Positions 28,075-32,000 of a DNA stretch of 32,000 nt are shown here, piece after piece (within the stretch, counting starts at the first letter, position 1; each line of letters opens with the position of its first letter). This DNA is from Promethearchaeum syntrophicum (lineage in GTDB: Archaea; Asgardarchaeota; Lokiarchaeia; Sigyniarchaeales; Promethearchaeaceae). The notes below the pieces were generated by a model that was not told the origin of the DNA, ran no database searches, and saw only the letters and a program-made list of their open reading frames with translations. The position numbers were made by a program, and so were the translations under genes. The stretch is taken from positions 2,610,001 through 2,642,000 of the forward strand of contig NZ_CP042905.2 in NCBI RefSeq assembly GCF_008000775.2, written 5' to 3'.

Positions 28075-29814
28075 CTAATAAGTTGGATGTTTTAATATAG
28101 GAATTTTTCTCCCCATTCCAAATGCTTTTTTATTAATTTTTATAGTTTGCACTAATTGTGAACGTTTAAATTCAGATCGTGTATAAAGGTGCTCGATATA
28201 ATTAACCAATTCAGAATTTTTTCCAGTTTTTATTATTTCTCTTGGAGATAGACCTTCATCTATCCTTAATGCTAAGATTTCATCTAAAATTTTATAAGGA
28301 GGGAGATTATCTTCGTCGATTTGATTTTCTTTTAGTTCAGCTGAAGGAGGTTTTGTTATAATATTATATGGAATTATTTCATTATTTTTATCTCGATTAA
28401 TCCAATTTATTACTTGGTACAACTGGGTCTTGTAAAGATCTCCAGGAACATTTTTCCCCCCATTTGTATCACCGTAAAGAGTGCAATAGCCTGTAGCGAT
28501 TTCAGATTTATTGCCAGTGGATACTAAGAGCGCATTAAATTTATTTGAATAATACATCAAAATAAGCCCTCTTAATCGGGATTGTAAATTTTGATTTGCC
28601 AAATCATGATCTTGATCCGAACTCTCACGTTCAAAGGCTTGTTCAAGCTGGATTTCGAATAATGAATGAGATTCTTTAATTGGAACAATGATGTATTCAA
28701 TGCCTAAATTTTTACATAATTCAATAGAATCATCTAAAGAGCCCTTTGAAGAAAACCTTGAAGGCATCAAAATTGCAGTTACATTATTTTTACCAACTGC
28801 TTTTACTGCAATATAAGTGGTAAAGGCGGAATCAATTCCTCCACTAAGACCTATAACTATTCTTTTAAAAACTCCTGTTTTGTAATAATAATCGCGCAAA
28901 TTCATTGATAATGCCTGAATAATTTCTTCATTAACATTGAGTAGTGGAGAAATAGGATTTTTTTCTAGATTATCTTTAAGATGTTGTGGTATTCTATTAA
29001 GATCAGCTGCAAAAATCTCGCGAGATTTGCTAGAAATATTGAAAAATATTAATGATTCTTTACAGAATGCTGCGCGGTGTTTCAATTCCCCGTTTTTATC
29101 AATAATAAAGCTTCTTCCATCGAATACCAATTCATCTTGACCACCGATTAAATTTAAGTAGGCAATTGGGATTTGATATTTGTTTGCTTTTTCTTTGATT
29201 AGATCCTCTCTTTCTTTCTGTTTTCCGATTGTATAAGGTGATCCGTTAATGCTAATTATTAATTCCGCTCCATTTTCTATTAGTTTCTCTGTAACATTAA
29301 CTTGATATTCATTTTCCCATAAATCTTCACAGATTGCAATGCCTAATTTTAGTCCTTTGATTTCATAGGGGATAAAGTTGTCACCTTCCCAGAAATATCT
29401 TTTTTCATCGAAAACATCATAGGTTGGAATTAATCGTTTAGATGGGCTATCACTAGAAATTTCACCATTTGATAAAATATAGGCAACATTTCGGTATTGA
29501 GGATGATGGCTTGGATCCGATTCAATATCAAAACCTCCGATAATCATCGTTATATCTGGATATGATTTGGAAATTTCCATTAAAATTTCCTTTTCAGATT
29601 CAATAAAATCATGATCAAAAAGTAAATCTTGTATTGGATACCCGGTAAGAGCCATTTCTGGAAATACTAAGAGATGAATTTTATTTATTCGTGCAATTTC
29701 TGCAATTTCGAGAATTTTTTTTTTGTTCTCCCGTAAGTCCGCAACAATAAAATTTATTTGGGCGAGCATTACTCTAATTTTATCAGTTTTCTTCAAATTA
29801 GACAATTCAGACAT
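28075..29814 (-). CDS. nadE: Glutamine-dependent NAD+ synthetase
   Basis: N-terminal nitrilase-like domain (FPEMALTGYP, IAICEDLWE) fused to an NAD synthase domain (LSGGIDSAF, STGNKSEIATGYCTLYGD). Confidence 0.95.
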   Translation of the reverse strand: MSELSNLKKTDKIRVMLAQINFIVADLRENKKKILEIAEIARINKIHLLVFPEMALTGYPIQDLLFDHDFIESEKEILMEISKSYPDITMIIGGFDIESDPSHHPQYRNVAYILSNGEISSDSPSKRLIPTYDVFDEKRYFWEGDNFIPYEIKGLKLGIAICEDLWENEYQVNVTEKLIENGAELIISINGSPYTIGKQKEREDLIKEKANKYQIPIAYLNLIGGQDELVFDGRSFIIDKNGELKHRAAFCKESLIFFNISSKSREIFAADLNRIPQHLKDNLEKNPISPLLNVNEEIIQALSMNLRDYYYKTGVFKRIVIGLSGGIDSAFTTYIAVKAVGKNNVTAILMPSRFSSKGSLDDSIELCKNLGIEYIIVPIKESHSLFEIQLEQAFERESSDQDHDLANQNLQSRLRGLILMYYSNKFNALLVSTGNKSEIATGYCTLYGDTNGGKNVPGDLYKTQLYQVINWINRDKNNEIIPYNIITKPPSAELKENQIDEDNLPPYKILDEILALRIDEGLSPREIIKTGKNSELVNYIEHLYTRSEFKRSQLVQTIKINKKAFGMGRKIPILKHPTY

Positions 29815-29921
29815 TATTTATAAAATAGATTTGTAAGATTAAATTCTTTCTAAAATTTGGGATACATTTCCCACAGTATTAAATTAGCAAAAGAATTTAT
29901 TCGGTTGAAAGATAAATTTAA

Positions 29922-31253
29922 TTGATCAATTTGAACCAACCACAGATGTCTGAACTTTTTAAATCAAGAAAACCTTCCGCTATTAGAGCTGCTCAAATTC
30001 AATTTCAAAAACGAAAGGATAATGTAGAAGCTATCAATGTTGCTATAGGAAATGTAAGTCTCCCAATGCATCCTGCATTAATTAACCGTATGAAAAATTT
30101 AGCAGCTGAAGATAGCCCATATAAAAATGGTGTTGTTAAGTATACTGCAACAGTTGGCTTAAAAGAAACGAATGATGCAATCCTAAACATAATTGCTGCT
30201 TCTGGGTTTAAAACAGAAAATTTACATAGTCAAATCACAGATGGCGGAAGTCATGCAATGGAATTAGTAATTCTAGGGACTTGTGGATCAGCAGGTTCTA
30301 ATGAAAAACCATTATTACTAATTGACGCTGCTTACACTAATTATCTTGCGATGGCAAACAGAACAGGAAGATCAACTATTTCTATTACCCGCCAGCTTAT
30401 GGAAAATGGCAAATTTAATTTACCAAAAATATCTGAAATTGAAGGTATAATAAAAGAACATAAACCGGGAGCTTTATTGATTATTCCTTATGATAATCCA
30501 ACTGGCCATTTTTTAAACCATGAAACTATGGTTCATTTAGCGAAATTATGTGTTAAATACAATATCTGGATGATTAGTGATGAAGCTTATCGAGAATTAT
30601 TTTATTTGGATACAGAGCCTGCCAGTATTTGGCGATTAACAGATTCAGAAGTTCCAGGTATTGAAGGTAGAAGAATTAGCATAGAAACTGCAAGTAAAGT
30701 TTGGAATTCTTGTGGCTTACGGATTGGAGCTCTTGTAACTGATAATGAAGAATTCCATGAAAAAGCAGTTTTTGAGCAAACAGCAAATCTTTGTGCTCCT
30801 GCTATTGCACAATATATATTTGGAGGGTTAGCTCATGAATCTCATGAAGATTTACAACTTTGGTTTGATAAGCAAAGAACTTATTATAAAAAACTGAGTA
30901 AAAGGTTTACCGAAGATTTTGCCGAAATGATGCCTGGAGCAATCGTTTCAAGCCCGGATGCCGCTATATATTCAGTCGTTGATGTAAGAAGAATAGCTAA
31001 ACCAGGTTTTGATGCTGTAAAGTTTGTTGAATATTGCACAACACAAGGGAAAGTCGATTTAGAAGGTAATGGAAAACACCAAACTTTGCTAGTTGCACCA
31101 ATGGCAGGATTTTATAGCACAAAAGAAGGTGTTTACAATCCAGGAAAAACTCAAATGCGATTTGCCTATGTTGAAAACCCTGAAAATATGAAGATTGTTC
31201 CCGAATTATTTGTTACTCTTTTCTCGCAATATGAAAAACAAAAGGAGAAATAA
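29922..31253 (+). CDS. PLP-dependent class I/II aminotransferase
   Basis: IIPYDNPTGHF, MISDEAYRELFY, ETASKVWNSCGLRIGALV (catalytic Lys region), C-terminal TQMRFAYVEN. Confidence 0.9.
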   Translation: MINLNQPQMSELFKSRKPSAIRAAQIQFQKRKDNVEAINVAIGNVSLPMHPALINRMKNLAAEDSPYKNGVVKYTATVGLKETNDAILNIIAASGFKTENLHSQITDGGSHAMELVILGTCGSAGSNEKPLLLIDAAYTNYLAMANRTGRSTISITRQLMENGKFNLPKISEIEGIIKEHKPGALLIIPYDNPTGHFLNHETMVHLAKLCVKYNIWMISDEAYRELFYLDTEPASIWRLTDSEVPGIEGRRISIETASKVWNSCGLRIGALVTDNEEFHEKAVFEQTANLCAPAIAQYIFGGLAHESHEDLQLWFDKQRTYYKKLSKRFTEDFAEMMPGAIVSSPDAAIYSVVDVRRIAKPGFDAVKFVEYCTTQGKVDLEGNGKHQTLLVAPMAGFYSTKEGVYNPGKTQMRFAYVENPENMKIVPELFVTLFSQYEKQKEK

Positions 31254-31326
31254 TTTTAGGGAAACTTCAAAATATATATTTTATTAGATCATCTTTTTTA
31301 TGTTATTAATCCATTATTAATGCATT

Positions 31327-31734
31327 ATGACTAAAACTTATCCAATTGAATTTTCTAAAGAAGAAGATATAATTTATATAGGTTTGGATGTTGCTGATTT
31401 CGATAGAGCAAAGAAATTTTACCGAGAAATATTTAATTTTGAGATTACCTTTGATGCGGGAAAGGATATTGGATGGTGTGAATTAGAACTCCCTGTAAAA
31501 GGTATTAAACTTGGTTTAAGTTCCAATGATAACAAAAAAATCAAACAAGGATCTACAACTATGGGTATTAACGTAGAAGACATTGAAAAAACAAAAAAAT
31601 ATTTGGAATCTAAAGAAGTTTATACCACAGATATTAGAGATCTACCAGACTTGGTTTCACTTTTCGATATGAAAGATTCTGAAGGAAATTTAATTCAAAT
31701 ATTAGGAAAGCCACGAATAACTTCAAAAAAATAA
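31327..31734 (+). CDS. VOC/glyoxalase-family protein
   Basis: YIGLDVADFDRAKKFYREIFNFEI ... MKDSEGNLIQILGKP. Confidence 0.88.
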   Translation: MTKTYPIEFSKEEDIIYIGLDVADFDRAKKFYREIFNFEITFDAGKDIGWCELELPVKGIKLGLSSNDNKKIKQGSTTMGINVEDIEKTKKYLESKEVYTTDIRDLPDLVSLFDMKDSEGNLIQILGKPRITSKK

Positions 31735-32000
31735 ATTTCAAATTCAATCATTTTTTCCTTTGTGATAATTTCAACTACTTTTATATCTAAAATGATATAA
31801 TTAAAAAGACTTCTATTTAAGTCGATTTTTATCTTAGCTCTTGGCTTTTCCCGATTTTCACAAAATAAAGAGAAATATGAATTTTAGTATTAAGATTAAT
31901 ATAGTAGAAAGCAATAAAGATCATTAACTATTTTCAAACAAAAATTTTCATTCGGGGGGAAATGGATTTGAGAATTTCTAGAAATAACAAGAAAGAGTTA

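Noticed and set aside
1-32000. tRNA or rRNA genes as integration targets
   Set aside because: No cloverleaf-like or GTTCRANNC T-loop signature noticed by eye. A tRNAscan-SE run would be needed to exclude intron-containing or divergent tRNAs.

Overview
AT-rich archaeal window. Gene content fits an Asgard (Loki-/Heimdall-like) archaeon: Ras/Rab-like GTPase, divergent actin-related protein, longin-like proteins, eukaryotic-type protein kinase. That assignment is an inference from gene content. The window has two parts. (A) About 1-11.5 kb is accessory DNA resembling an integrated plasmid, virus or nested mobile elements. It holds the 3' end of one tyrosine recombinase cut by the left edge, clusters of the 9-mer GGTAGCAAT, and a tight minus-strand operon (an un-tracked 50-aa ribbon-helix-helix-like protein, three small ORFs, a 1013-aa P-loop/AAA+ helicase-like protein). 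Beside the operon is a non-coding locus with a perfect 68-bp direct repeat, a 3x12-bp tandem repeat and several palindromes. A second, short tyrosine recombinase follows, whose 3' end is duplicated about 1.2 kb away, then an HTH/coiled-coil gene cluster with its own repeated operator-like sites. (B) About 11.8-32 kb looks like host chromosome. Its main feature is a Ras-like GTPase divergent from a compact four-gene plus-strand operon: giant single-pass receptor-like surface protein, longin/winged-helix-like protein, longin-like protein, divergent actin-related protein. I consider this the best candidate for an undescribed system, possibly transmembrane signalling to small GTPase and cytoskeleton. 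Further right are a multi-TM acyltransferase-like protein, a zinc-ribbon protein, an Orc1/Cdc6-like ATPase, a Ser/Thr kinase with a coiled-coil/zinc-ribbon partner, a multi-PAS hybrid histidine kinase, NAD synthetase (nadE), a PLP aminotransferase and a VOC-family protein. No rRNA, tRNA or CRISPR array was recognised.
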